Positions 39,101 to 49,747 of a DNA stretch of 64,000 nt are shown here, in pieces. Source of the stretch: Heptranchias perlo. Lineage: Eukaryota. Position numbers and translations under genes: made by a program. The stretch's first letter is position 1. Every line of letters begins with the position of its first letter. The DNA lies in NCBI RefSeq assembly GCF_035084215.1, contig NC_090366.1, positions 13,888,001-13,952,000 of the forward strand. The letters are read 5' to 3'. Below the pieces are notes generated by a model. It had not been told where the DNA came from and did not search any database. It saw only the letters and a program-made list of their open reading frames with translations.

Positions 39101-42100
39101 ACCCTGTACCTGCCCTGGGAGTGTTTGATGGGACAGTGTAGAGGGAGCTTTACTCTGTATCTAACCCTGTACCTGTACTGGGAGTGTTTGATGGGACAGT
39201 GTAGAGGGAGCTTTACTCTGTATCTAACCCTGTACCTGCCCTGGGAGTGTTTGATGGGACAGTGTAGAGGGAGCTTTACTCTGTATCTAACCCTGTACCT
39301 GCCCTGGGAGTGTTTGATGGGACAGTGTAGAGGGAGCTTTACTCTGTATCTAACTCGTGCTGTACCTGCCCTGGGAGTGTTTGATGGGACAGTGTAGAGG
39401 GAGCGTTACTCTGTATCTAACCCTGTACCTGCCCTGGGAGTGTTTGATGGGACAGTGTGGAGGGAGCTTTACTCTGTATCTAACCCTGTACCTGCCCTGG
39501 GAGTGTTTGATGGGACAGTGTAGAGGGAGCTTTACTCTGTATCTAACCCTGTACCTGCCCTGGGAGTGTTTGATGGGACAGTGTGGAGGGAGCTTTACTC
39601 TGTATCTAACCCTGTACCTGCCCTGGGAGTGTTTGATGGGACAGTGTAGAGGGAGCTTTACTCTGTATCTAACCCTGTACCTGCCCTGGGAGCGTTTGAT
39701 TGTTAAAAGTGTTTCTGGTCCCCAGAACCGACATCCCCTTATTGATGAACATGAATCTTTGCCAGGACAAAAACGATATTCCACGACATCAAGAATTTAA
39801 AATCTCTCAGGTGCACGCCGATTGTTTGTGAAGGTGCAATCTCTTGTTCAATCAAAGAAGAGAGTTCTGTTGAAGAAACACAATCTGCTGCCGTGTGTAT
39901 CTCAGGGTAACTGTTGGGTACTTACAGTTAACGGTGATATTGATGCCTCGTTTAGCTTTCCCGTAGTCATTCCACGCCCGACAGTGATAAAGACCCTGCT
40001 CTCTCCGCGTGATGTTATCAAACTGAAGTACCAGCGTTTTGTTGAGGACAGAAGCCAAGATGTTTTGATTACTTGTCGACCACGTTATGTTGGACAATGG
40101 ATTACTCGTTACGCTGCAGTTGACCTGGACCGAATGTCCCTCCGTAACCAAAATGGGCGACATCTTCGCAATCTTTGGGCCGTCTAGTCATAGAATTACA
40201 TAGAATTACATCGGGTCCACAGCACAGAAACAGGCCATTCGGCCCAACTGGTCTATCCCGGTGTTTATGCTCCACACGAGTCTCCTCCCTCCCTACTTCA
40301 TCTCACCCTATCACCATATCCTTCTATTCCTTTCTCCCTCATGTGTTTATCCAGCTTCCCCTTAAATCCATCTACACTATTCACCTCAACCACTCCTTGT
40401 GGGAGCGAGTTCCACATTCTCACCGCTCTCTGGGTAAAGAAGTTTCTCCTGATTTTGGATTTATTATTCCAGAGGAAACAGAAGGCTGAGGGGTGACCTG
40501 ATAGAAGTCTCCATATCCTTTTTATAATATGGAGACCAGAACTGTGCACAGTGCTCCAAGTGTGGTCTAACCAAGGTATATGGAGACCAGAACTGTGAAC
40601 AATGCTCCAAGTGTGGTCTAACCAAGGTATATGGAGACCAGAACTGTGCACAGTGCTCCAAGTGTGGTCTAACCAAGGTATATGGAGACCAGAACTGTGC
40701 ACAGTGCTCCAAGTGTGGTCGAACCAAGGTATATGGAGACCAGAACTGTGAACAATGCTCCAAGTGTGGTCTAACCAAGGTATATGGAGACCAGAACTGT
40801 GCACAGTGCTCCAAGTGTGGTCTAACCAAGGTATATGGAGACCAAAACTGTGCACAGTGCTCCAAGTGTGGTCTAACCAAGGTATATGGAGACCAGAACT
40901 GTGCACGGTGCTCCAAGTGTGGTCTAACCAAGGTATATGGAGACCAGAACTGTGCACAGTGCTCCAAGTGTGGTCTAACTAAGGTATATGGAGACCAGAA
41001 CTGTGCACAGTGCTCCAAGTGTGGTCTAACTAAGGTATATGGAGACCAGAACTGTGCACGGTGCTCCAAGTGTGGTCTAACCAAGGTATATGGAGAGCAG
41101 AACTGTACACAGTGCTCCAAGTGTGGTCTAACTAAGGTATATGGAAACCAGAACTGTGCACAGTGCTCCAAGTGTGGTCTAACTAAGGTATATGGAGACC
41201 AGAACTGTACACAGTGCTCCAAGTGTGGTCTAACTAAGGTATATGGAGACCAGAACTGTGCCCAGTGCTCCAAGTGTGGTCTAACCAAGGTTCTGTACAA
41301 GTTTAACATAGGAACATAGGAACAGGAGTAGGCCATTCAGCCCCTCTTGCCTGCTCCGCCATTTGATAAGATCATGGCTGATCTGTGATCTAACTCCATA
41401 TACCTGCCTTTGGCCCATATCCCTTAATACCTTTGGTTGCCAAAAAGCTATCTATCTCAGATTTAAATTTAGCAATTGAGCTAGTATCAATTGCCATTTG
41501 CGGAAGACAGTTCCAAACTTCTACCACCCTTTGTGTGTAGAAATGTTTTCTAATCTCACTCCTGAAAGGTCTGGCTCTAATTTTTAGACTGTGCCCCCTA
41601 CTCCTAAAATCCCCAACCAGCGGAAATAGTTTCTCTCTATCCACCCTATCTGTTCCCCTTAATATCTTATAAACTTCGATCAGATCACCCCTTAACCTTC
41701 GAAACTCTAGAGAATACAACCCCAATTTGTGTAATCTCTCCTCGTAACTTAACCCTTGAAGTCCGGGTATCATTCTAGTAAACCTACGCTGCACTCCCTC
41801 CAAGGCCAATATGTCCTTCCGAAGGTGCGGTGCCCAGAACTGCTCACAGTACTCCAGGTGCGGTCTAACCAGGGTTTTGTATAGCTGCAGCATAACTTCT
41901 GCCCCCTTGTACTCCAGTCCTCTGGATATAAAGGCTAGCATTCCATTTGCCTTCTTGATTATTTTCTGCACCTGTTCATGACACTTCAATGATCTATGTA
42001 CCTGTATCCCTAAGTCCCTTTGGACATCCACTGTTTTTAACTTTTTACCATTTAGAAAGTACCCTGTTCTATCCTTTTTTGATCCAAAGTGGATGACCTC

Positions 42101-45100
42101 ACATTTGTCTACATTGAATTCCATTTGCCACAGTTTTGCCCATTCACCTAATCTATCAATATCGCTTTGTAATTTTATGTTTTCATCTACATTGCTTACA
42201 ATCCCACCAATCTTTGTGTCATCGGCAAACTTAGATATGAGACTTTCTATGCCTTCATCTAAGTCGTTAATAAATATTGTGAATAATTGAGGCCCCAAGA
42301 CAGATCCCTGCGGGACTCCACTAGTCACATCCTGCCAATGTGAGTACCTACCCATTATCCCTACTCTCTGTCGCCTTTCGCTCAGCCAACTTCCTAACCA
42401 AGTCCGTACTTTTCCCTCGATTCCAAGGGCTTCTATCTTAGCTAACAGTCTCTTATGTGGGACCTTATCAAATGCCTTCTGGGCCCGAAGGCTTTTTCTC
42501 AGCCCAACTTTACACAACACATTCCAGAGCTGATCAACAACAATTTGCATTTATATAGCGCCTTTAACATAGAAAAACATCTCAAGGCAATTCACAGGAG
42601 GGTAAATCAGACAAAATGTGACACCGAGCCACATGAGGGGATATTAGGACAGGTGACCAAAAGCTTGGTCAAAGAGGTAGGTTTTAAGGAACATCTTACA
42701 AGAGGAGAGAGAGAGAGGCGGAGAGGTTTAGGGAGGGAATTCCAGAGCTTAGGGCCCAGGCAGCTGAAGGCACGGCCGCCAATGGTGGAGCGATGGAAAT
42801 CGGGGGATGGGCGAGAGGCCAGAATTGGAGGAGCGCAGAGATCTCGGAGGGTCGTAGGGGCTGGAGGAGGTTACAGAGATAGGGAGGGGCGGTGAGGCCA
42901 TGGAGGGATTTGAACACGAGGTTGAAAGTTGTAAAATCGTGGCATTGCTGGACTGGGAGAACAATGTGAGCCTCGGTGGGGAGGGGGGTGGAGTGGGGGA
43001 ATGGGGTTGTGGGTGGGGGCAAGAACAGGCCATTATTTTATTCATTCATGGGATGTGGGCGTCGCTGGCGAGGCCGGCATTTATTGCCCATCCCTAATTG
43101 CCCTCGAGAAGGTGGTGGTGAGCCGCCTTCTTGAACCGCTGCAGTCCGTGTGGTGAAGGTTCTCCCACAGTGCTGTTAGGAAGGGAGTTCCAGGATTTTG
43201 ACCCAGCGATGATGAAGGAATGACGATATATTTCCAAGTCGGGATGGTGTGTGACTTGGAGGGGAACGTGCAGGTGGTGTTGTTCCCATATGCCTGCTGC
43301 CCTTGTCCTTCTAGGTGGTAGAGGTCGCGGGTTTGGGAGGTGCTATCGAAGAAGCCTTGGCGAGTTGCTGCAGTGCATCCTGTGGATGGTACACACTGCA
43401 GCCACAGTGCGCCGGTGGTGAAGGGAGTGAATGTTTAGGGTGGTGGATGGGGTGCCAATCAAGCGGGCTGCTTTGTCCTGGATGGTGTCGAGCTTCTTGA
43501 GTGTTGTTGGAGCTGCACTCATCCAGGCAAGTGGAGAGTATTCCATCACATTCCTGACTTGTGCCTTGTAGATGGTGGAAAGGCTTTGGGGAGTCAGGAG
43601 GTGAGTCACTCGCCACAGAATACCCAGCCTCTGACCTGCTCTCGTAGCCACAGTATTTATGTGGTTGATTTTTAATCACCCTCTGATATGGCCTAGCAAG
43701 ACACTCAGTTGTAAAATCTCGCTAAAAAAAGTCATAATAAGAATAAAACCGGACGGACCACCCGGCATCGGACCACCAGGCAACGGACACGACAACGGCA
43801 AACCAAGCCCAGTCGACCCTGTAAAGTCCTCCTCACTAACATCTGGGGACTTGTGCCAAAATTGGGAGAGCTGTCCCACAGACTAGTCAAGCAACAGCCT
43901 GACATAGCCATACTCACAGAATCATATCTTTCAGCCAACGTCCCAGACTCTTCCATCACCATCCCTGGGTATGTCCTGTCCCACCGGCAGGACAGACCCA
44001 CCAGAGGTGGCGGTACAGTGATATACAGTCAGGAGGGAGTGGCCCTGGGAGTCCTCAACATTGACTCTGGGCCCCATGAAATCTCATGGCATCAGGTCAA
44101 ACATGGGCACGGAAACCTCCTGCTGATTACCACCTACCGCCCTCCCTCAGCTGATGAATCAGTCCTCCTCCATGTTGAACACCACTTGGAGGGAGCACTG
44201 AGGGTAGCAAGGGCACAGAATGTACTCTGGGTGGGGGACTTCAATGTCCATCACCAAGAGTGGCTCAGTAGTCCTGTGTTGTAGCTTCACCAGGTTGGCA
44301 CCTTATTTTTAGGTACGCCTGGTGCTGCTCCTGGCATGCTCTTCTACACTCCTCATTGAACCAGGGTTGATCCCCTGGCTTGTTGGTAATGGTAGAGTGA
44401 GGAATATGCCGGGCCATGAGGTTACAGATTGTGCTGGAATACAATTCTGCTGCTGCTGATGGCCCACAGCGCCTCATGGATGCCCAGTTTGGAGCTGCTA
44501 GATCTGTTCTGAATCTATCCCATTTAGCACGATGGTAGTGCCACACAACACGTTGGATGGTGTCCTCAGTGCGAAGACGGGACTTCATCTCCACGAGGAC
44601 TGTGCGGTGGTCACTCCTACCAATACTGTCATGGACAGATGCATCTGACAGATAGATTGGTGAGGACGAGGTCAAATAGGTTTTTCCCTTGTGTTGGTTC
44701 GCTCACCACCTGCCGCAGGCCCAGTCTGGCATCTACGTCCTTCAGGACTCGGCCAGCTCGGTCAGTAGTGGTGCTACCGAGCCACTCTTGGTGATGGACA
44801 TTGAAGTCCCCCACCCAGAGTACATTCTGTGCCCTTGCTACCCTCAGTGCTTCCTCCAAGTGGTGCTCAACATGGAGGAGGACTGATTCATCAGCTGAGG
44901 GAGGACGGTAGGTGGTAATCAGCAGGAGGTTTCCTTGCCCATGTTTGACCTGATACCATAAGATTTCATGGGGTCTGGGGTCAATGTTGAGGACTCCCAG
45001 GGCCACTCCCTCCTGACTGTATATCACTGTACCGCCACCTCTGGTGGGTCTGTCCTGCCGGTGGGACAGGACATACCCAGGGATGGTGATGGAAGAGTCT

Positions 45101-48100
45101 GGGACGTTGGCTGAAAGGTATGATTCTGTGAGTATGGCTATGTCAGGCTGTTGCTTGACTAGCCTGTGGGACAGCTCTCCCAATTTTGGCACAAGTCCCC
45201 AGATGTTAGTGAGGAGGACTTTGCAGGGTCGACTGGGCTTGGTTTGCCTTTTTCATGTCCGATGCCGGGTGGTCCGTCCGGTTTTATTCTTATTATGACT
45301 TTTCGTAGCAGGATTGTACAACTGAGTGGCTTGCTCGGCCATTTCAGAGGGCAGTTTCGAATCAACCACATTGCTGTGGGTCTGGAGTCACGAATAGGCC
45401 CAGACCGGGAAAGGAGGGCAGGTTTCCTTCCCTAAAGGATATTGTGTGAGTTAGGGGAGTTCCAGAGGAGCTGAAGTTTACATGGGGCGGACGATAAGAG
45501 GCCGGCCGGGGAGCGTTGGGATAGTCGAGTCTGGAGGTGACGGTCGAGGGAATCTCACAGCATCTGACGGGGTGAGTCCACACTCACATTTAACATCGAG
45601 AAGAAGAGTTTGCTGAGACTCGGCGTTGGTGACAGAGTATTGGGCCTTGCATCCCAGTTGTTTACCCATGTCTCTGTGTGAGGGAACGAAGGTCAGAGAG
45701 GTGGAAAATACTGACGTCAAATTGCTCCTTTTGGTCAAGGTGACGGTGGCGGAATTGGTTAGAATGGTCTCATTAATCCAGGTCAGGTTCGGTCCCATCC
45801 CACTGCAATTATCCACAAACGTGCAAGTTAGTGTCGTCGTTTTATTGCTGACGATTTGCGGAGAGTATGATATGTTGGGTTTCTCTTCGAGATCTGTAGC
45901 GGGGGGGGAAGAAAGCAGATTTAGGTACATGGAAACAGGAGGAGGCTATTCAGCCCCTCGAGACTGTTCCGCCGTTCAATTAGATCATGCTGACCTGTAT
46001 CTTAACTCCATTTGCCCACCTTGGCTCCATATCCCTCGATACCCTCACCCAACAAAATGGTCATTAAATAACATGTTTACTATTTCACTACATCCCGTGC
46101 TGTACCTGCCCTGGGAGTGTTTGATGGGGACAGTGTAGAGGGAGCTTTACTCTGTATCTAACCCTGTACCTGCCCTGGGAGTGTTTGATGGGACAGTGTA
46201 GAGGGAGCTTTACTCTGTATCTAACCCTGTACCTGCCCTGGGAGTGTTTGATGGGACAGTGTAGAGGGAGCTTTACTCTGTATCTAACCCTGTACCTGCC
46301 CTGGGAGTGTTTGATGGGACAGTGTAGAGGGAGCTTTACTCTGTATCTAACCCTGTACCTTCCCTGGGAGTGTTTGATGGGACAGTGTAGAGGGAGCTTT
46401 ACTCTGTATCTAACCCTATATCTGCCCTGGGAGTGTTTGATGGGACAGTGTACAGGGAGCTTTACTCTGTATCTAACCCTGTACCTGCCCTGGGAGTGTT
46501 TGATGGGACAGTGTAGAGGGAGCTTTACTCTGTATCTAACCCTGTACCTGCCCTGGGAGTGTTTGATGGGACAGTGTAGAGGGAGCTTTACTCTGTATCT
46601 AACCCTGTACCTGCCCTGGGAGTGTTTGACGGGACAGTGTAGAGGGAGCTTTACTCTGTATCTAACCCTGTACCTGCCCTGGGAGTGTTTGATGGGACAG
46701 TGTAGAGGGAGCTTTACTCTGTATCTAACCCTGTACCTGCCCTGGGAGTGTTTGACGGGACAGTGTAGAGGGAGCTTTACTCTGTATCTAACCCTGTACC
46801 TGCCCTGGGAGTGTTTGACGGGACAGTGTAGAGGGAGCTTTACTCTGTATCTAACCCGTGCCCTGGGAGAGTTTGTTGCTGACTCCGATAGGCAGACTGT
46901 TCCAATCCCAGCACTGACATCCCTCACCTTGCTGAGTGTAAAACTCGTTGTAATAAAACGTACCTGAAATTTTTAAATCAAGATACGTGTTTCCGTCAGT
47001 GTAATTCTCCTTATCGAGCTCAATCCTGAAATGATATGTTCCATTGTCTGCACTCCTGATACTGTTTATCATCAGGGAACAACTCATCTCGGTCAGATTG
47101 CCCACCAGCTGACTGCGAGACTTGTAATCCTGGTCTACGTTGCTTCGGATTGTGTGATAAACTGTGGTCTGTGAGGGACGTTCGTAATCCTTGTACCAGA
47201 CGGCCACAAGCTGTGTAGGACCCAGAGCATTTGGGTAACTGTAGTTACAGGGGATTGTCACACACAAGCCTTTCTGTGCTGTCAGAACCCTGGGCATCTG
47301 CACAGTCCAGTTCGAATCTGTTGAAAGCACACCTGCGAAATGAAGGAAGCACATTCCACATCACTGAGAGAGAGGCTCAATACTTTTCAGTTTAAGTATC
47401 TCTCCACCGGGACTCCCCCACCCTGCCTCATCGGAGTGGCAGCGAATTTTGGCAGCTGTTCGACTGTGTGATGCCTCGCGCCCAAAACCAGTTCTGGACC
47501 TCATTCGCCATTCCACCCCCTCCACCCCCTCATGCACTTTCCAGTAAGGGATCTGATCAGCGGCCCCTGGTGAGTGCTGCTTCTCCTAACTCAGCGGTGA
47601 GTTCCCCAACACTTCTGGCCAGTGACATTTCCCAGTGCCCAGTACTGAGGGAGCGCCGCACTGTCGGAGGGTCAGTACTGAGGGAGTGCCGCACTGTCGG
47701 AGGGTCAGTACTGAGGGAGCGCTGCTCTGTCGGAGGGTCATTACTGAGGGAGTGCTGCACTGTCGGATGGTCAGTACTGAGGGAGCGCCGCACTGTCGGA
47801 GGGTCAGTACTGAGGGAGCGCCGCACTGTCGGAGGGTCATTACTGAGGGAGTGCTGCACTGTCGGAGGGTCAGTACTGAGGGAGCGCTGCACTGTCGGAG
47901 GGTCAGTACTGAGGGAGCGCTGCACTGTCGGAGGGTCAGTACTGAGGGAGCGCCGCACTGTCGGAGGGTCAGTACTGAGGGAGCGCTGCACTGTCGGAGG
48001 GTCATTACTGAGGGAGTGCTGCACTGTCGGAGGGTCAGTACTGAGGGAGCGCTGCACTGTCGGAGGGTCAGTTCTGAGGGAGCGCTGCACTGTCGGAGGG

Positions 48101-49747
48101 TCAGTACTGAGGGAGCGCCGCACTGTCGGAGGGTCAGTACTGAGGGAGCGCTGCACTGTGGGAGGGTCAGTACTGAGGGAGCGTCGCACTGTCGGAGGTG
48201 CCATCTTTCGGATGAGACGTTAAACCGAGGCCCCATCTGCCCTCTCAGGTGGGTGTAAAAGATCCCACCGCCCACTATTTTGAAGAAGAGCAGGGGGAGT
48301 TCTCCCCGGTGTCCTGGGGACGATATTTATCCCTCAACCAACATCACTAAAAGAGAATATCTGGTCATTATCACATTGCTCTGGAGTTCACTCCCTAAAC
48401 CTCTCCACCTCTCTCTCCTCCTTAAAAACTGGTTTTCAAATCCCTCCATTGCCCCTCGCCCCCCTCCCTATCTCTGTAACCTCCTCCAGCCCCTACAACC
48501 CTCCGAGATCTCTGCACTCCTCCAATTCTGGCCTCTTGTCCATCCCCCGATTCCCATCGCTCCACCATTGGCGGCCGTGCCTTCAGCTGCCTGGGCCCTA
48601 AGCTCTGGAATTCCCTCCCTAAACCTCTCCGCCTCTCTCTCCTCCTTAAAATCTACCTCTTTGACCAAGCTTTTGGTCACCTGTCCTAATATCTCCTTAT
48701 GTGGCTCGGTGTCAAATATTGTCACTGTGAAGCTCGTTGTTGTTGCTGTTTGTGGGATCTTGCTGTGCGCAAATTGGCTGCCCCGTTCCCCGCATTACAA
48801 CAGTGACCACACTTCAAAAAAATTACTTCATTGGCTGTGAAGCGCTTTGGGACGTCCTGAGGTGGTGAAAGACACGATAGAAATGGGAGTTCTTTCTTCC
48901 TATTTCTTTTCAATGTCACTACATGGATCGCAGCCTTTCAAGATGGCCCNNNNNNNNNNNNNNNNNNNNNNNNNNNNNNNNNNNNNNNNNNNNNNNNNNN
49001 NNNNNNNNNNNNNNNNNNNNNNNNNNNNNNNNNNNNNNNNNNNNNNNNNNNNNNNNNNNNNNNNNNNNNNNNNNNNNNNNNNNNNNNNNNNNNNNNNNNN
49101 NNNNNNNNNNNNNNNNNNNNNNNNNNNNNNNNNNNNNNNNNNNNNNNNNNNNNNNNNNNNNNNNNNNNNNNNNNNNNNNNNNNNNNNNNNNNNNNNNNNN
49201 NNNNNNNNNNNNNNNNNNNNNNNNNNNNNNNNNNNNNNNNNNNNNNNNNNNNNNNNNNNNNNNNNNNNNNNNNNNNNNNNNNNNNNNNNNNNNNNNNNNN
49301 NNNNNNNNNNNNNNNNNNNNNNNNNNNNNNNNNNNNNNNNNNNNNNNNNNNNNNNNNNNNNNNNNNNNNNNNNNNNNNNNNNNNNNNNNNNNNNNNNNNN
49401 NNNNNNNNNNNNNNNNNNNNNNNNNNNNNNNNNNNNNNNNNNNNNNNNNNNNNNNNNNNNNNNNNNNNNNNNNNNNNNNNNNNNNNNNNNNNNNNNNNNN
49501 NNNNNNNNNNNNNNNNNNNNNNNNNNNNNNNNNNNNNNNNNNNNNNNNNNNNNNNNNNNNNNNNNNNNNNNNNNNNNNNNNNNNNNNNNNNNNNNNNNNN
49601 NNNNNNNNNNNNNNNAGCCCCACTATGATTTTAATTCAGACCCCCCACCCCCCATTATCCCTTTCTCTCTCTCCGGTTAATGACGCCCTTTTTCGTACCT
49701 TGGAGAAAAGCCACAAAGGACAACACAGCCGTCCCTGGGCCACACAT
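26974..49747 (-). CDS. Siglec-family inhibitory receptor, 7 Ig domains (V + 6 C2), ~833 aa, MAG/CD33-related-like: complement(join(26974..27192,29927..30008,31343..31448,33344..33637,35290..35565,37032..37316,38138..38395,39926..40183,45588..45893,46964..47332,49699..49747))
   Basis: 11 exons, all AG/GT, with phase-1 Ig exons; total 2502 nt, open frame ending in TGA. V-set has LCVTIPC, CSLMI and DNGTYHFRIE; tail has LHYACIDF and TQYAEIK. Confidence 0.9.
27262..27513. repeat. ~40-45-bp tandem repeat (6 units) of a CR1 3' terminus
   Basis: ATAGGAACAGGAGGAGGCCATTCAGCCCCTCGAGCCTGTTACC, contiguous with CR1 27513-27720. Confidence 0.85.
27722..29685 (-). mobile_element. CR1 3' fragment with 51-bp array (~27 units, 28203-29575)
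   Basis: Same unit and same 3' UTR as the other three copies. Confidence 0.9.
29927..30008 (-). CDS. Siglec cytoplasmic exon 1 (KVKSAANNSTEMQVLTAEPSPVLTASM)
   Basis: Long pyrimidine tract + cAG (phase 2), ATG|GTACGG donor (phase 0). Confidence 0.85.
30205..30920. repeat. Purine-rich low-complexity tract
   Basis: GA-rich degenerate repeats. Confidence 0.9.
31343..31448 (-). CDS. Siglec transmembrane exon (GRGPYLSEMLIPVVVGAAGMLILSLIFCQIIVCCKR)
   Basis: tcttcccAG acceptor, hydrophobic run with no charged residue, AG|GTAAGT donor. Confidence 0.9.
31552..33295 (+). mobile_element. Full-length Deu-SINE with 33-bp array (~40 units)
   Basis: Head, array 31669-32985, Deu core, tail. Confidence 0.85.
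33344..33637 (-). CDS. Siglec Ig domain 7 exon (MAG D5-type)
   Basis: SECAWRDQGITCVCAARSNP..TLTLRG..AICSVRNEHG; 294 nt. Confidence 0.92.
33800..34532. repeat. 63-bp minisatellite, two oppositely oriented arrays (~6 + ~5.5 units)
   Basis: Unit CCCTGTACCTGCCCTGGGAGTGTTTGATGGGACAGTGTAGAGGGAGCTTTACTCTGTATCTAA; orientation flips at 34170-34181. Confidence 0.95.
35290..35565 (-). CDS. Siglec Ig domain 6 exon
   Basis: YPPKET..KEGDNVTLSCFSKSNPPATNYSWF..FYCTAGNTMG; 276 nt. Confidence 0.92.
35625..36950 (+). mobile_element. CR1 3' fragment with 51-bp array (~8 units) and tandemly repeated 3' end
   Basis: FNIDKCEVVHFG..RDLGVQIH, array 35880-36288, 3' repeats 36765-36950. Confidence 0.88.
37032..37316 (-). 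CDS. Siglec Ig domain 5 exon
   Basis: YSPRNLSI..EEGMSVCLRCSVDSVPASNLTW..DGKHQCVAENEHG; 285 nt. Confidence 0.92.
37415..38115 (-). mobile_element. CR1 3' fragment
   Basis: VRPQLEYCVQLWAPH..RRLRGDLIE. Confidence 0.85.
38138..38395 (-). CDS. Siglec Ig domain 4 exon
   Basis: YGP..CLVDSWPPSSITW..DSGLYTCSALNSYG; 258 nt, phase 1/1. Confidence 0.92.
38520..39045 (-). mobile_element. Deu-SINE 3' part with ~6 units, fused to a 63-bp array
   Basis: Deu core + tail; array runs directly into the 63-bp repeat. Confidence 0.8.
39043..39700. repeat. 63-bp minisatellite (~10 units)
   Basis: Same unit. Confidence 0.95.
39926..40183 (-). CDS. Siglec Ig domain 3 exon
   Basis: YGP..EGHSVQVNCSVTSNP..ITW..GLYHCRAWNDYG; 258 nt; GTAAGT donor; acceptor abuts a CR1 tail. 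Confidence 0.88.
40188..41305 (-). mobile_element. CR1 3' fragment with 51-bp array (~15 units)
   Basis: Array 40528-41290; tail ATGTAATTCTATGTAATTCTATG ends beside the exon acceptor. Confidence 0.88.
41306..42480 (-). mobile_element. Young 5'-truncated CR1 LINE, RT C-terminal half uninterrupted
   Basis: QKAFDKVPH..SGVPQGSVLGP..SKFADDTK..to stop; TTCCTATG tail. Confidence 0.93.
43045..45440 (-). mobile_element. Rearranged CR1-group (Zenon-like) LINE: 5' end + APE endonuclease, inverted second endonuclease copy, RT C-terminus + 3' UTR
   Basis: PDIAILTES, RGGGTVIY, TTYRPP, VGDFNVH (APE) on both strands; YKAQVRNVMEYSPLAW at the 3' end. Confidence 0.85.
45588..45893 (-). CDS. Siglec Ig domain 2 exon
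   Basis: LEEKPNI..LTCTFVDNCSG..PNLTW..STSLTFVPSHRDMGKQLGC; includes the Cys expected for the D1-D2 bond; 306 nt. Confidence 0.93.
46095..46868. repeat. 63-bp minisatellite (~12 units)
   Basis: Same unit. Confidence 0.95.
46964..47332 (-). CDS. Siglec V-set sialic-acid-binding domain exon
   Basis: NWTVQMP, GLCVTIPCNYSYP, VWYK, LVGNLTEMSCSLMI, DNGTYHFRIE; 369 nt, phase 1/1. Confidence 0.95.
47630..48900 (+). mobile_element. Deu-SINE with 33-bp array (~17 units) and nested L2 fragment (48380-48720)
   Basis: SINE core interrupted after CACATTGCT and resuming at TTGCTGTTTGTGGG. Confidence 0.8.
48950..49615. other. Assembly gap in the Siglec leader-V intron (others: 56287-56461, 56886-57497, 58004-58448)
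   Basis: Runs of N. Confidence 1.
49699..49747 (-). CDS. Siglec leader exon (MCGPGTAVLSFVAFLQG); exon begins at 49784 with 5' UTR
   Basis: Strong acceptor ttttcttttccAG, hydrophobic signal peptide, CAAG|GTACGA phase-1 donor joining G-VLS-TD of the V exon. Confidence 0.8.

Noticed and set aside
41390-42550. 386-aa reverse transcriptase as a host gene or active element
   Set aside because: 5'-truncated CR1; the ORF's N-terminus is read-through from flanking DNA.
46088-46967. Cys/His or RYRV repeat ORFs resembling zinc fingers
   Set aside because: Translation of the 63-bp minisatellite; spacing does not fit C2H2.
26974-49747. Assigning the symbol MAG, CD22 or SIGLEC1 to the minus-strand gene
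   Set aside because: Domain count, tail and overall sequence do not jointly match any one; MAG is normally highly conserved and only D7 is clearly MAG-like.
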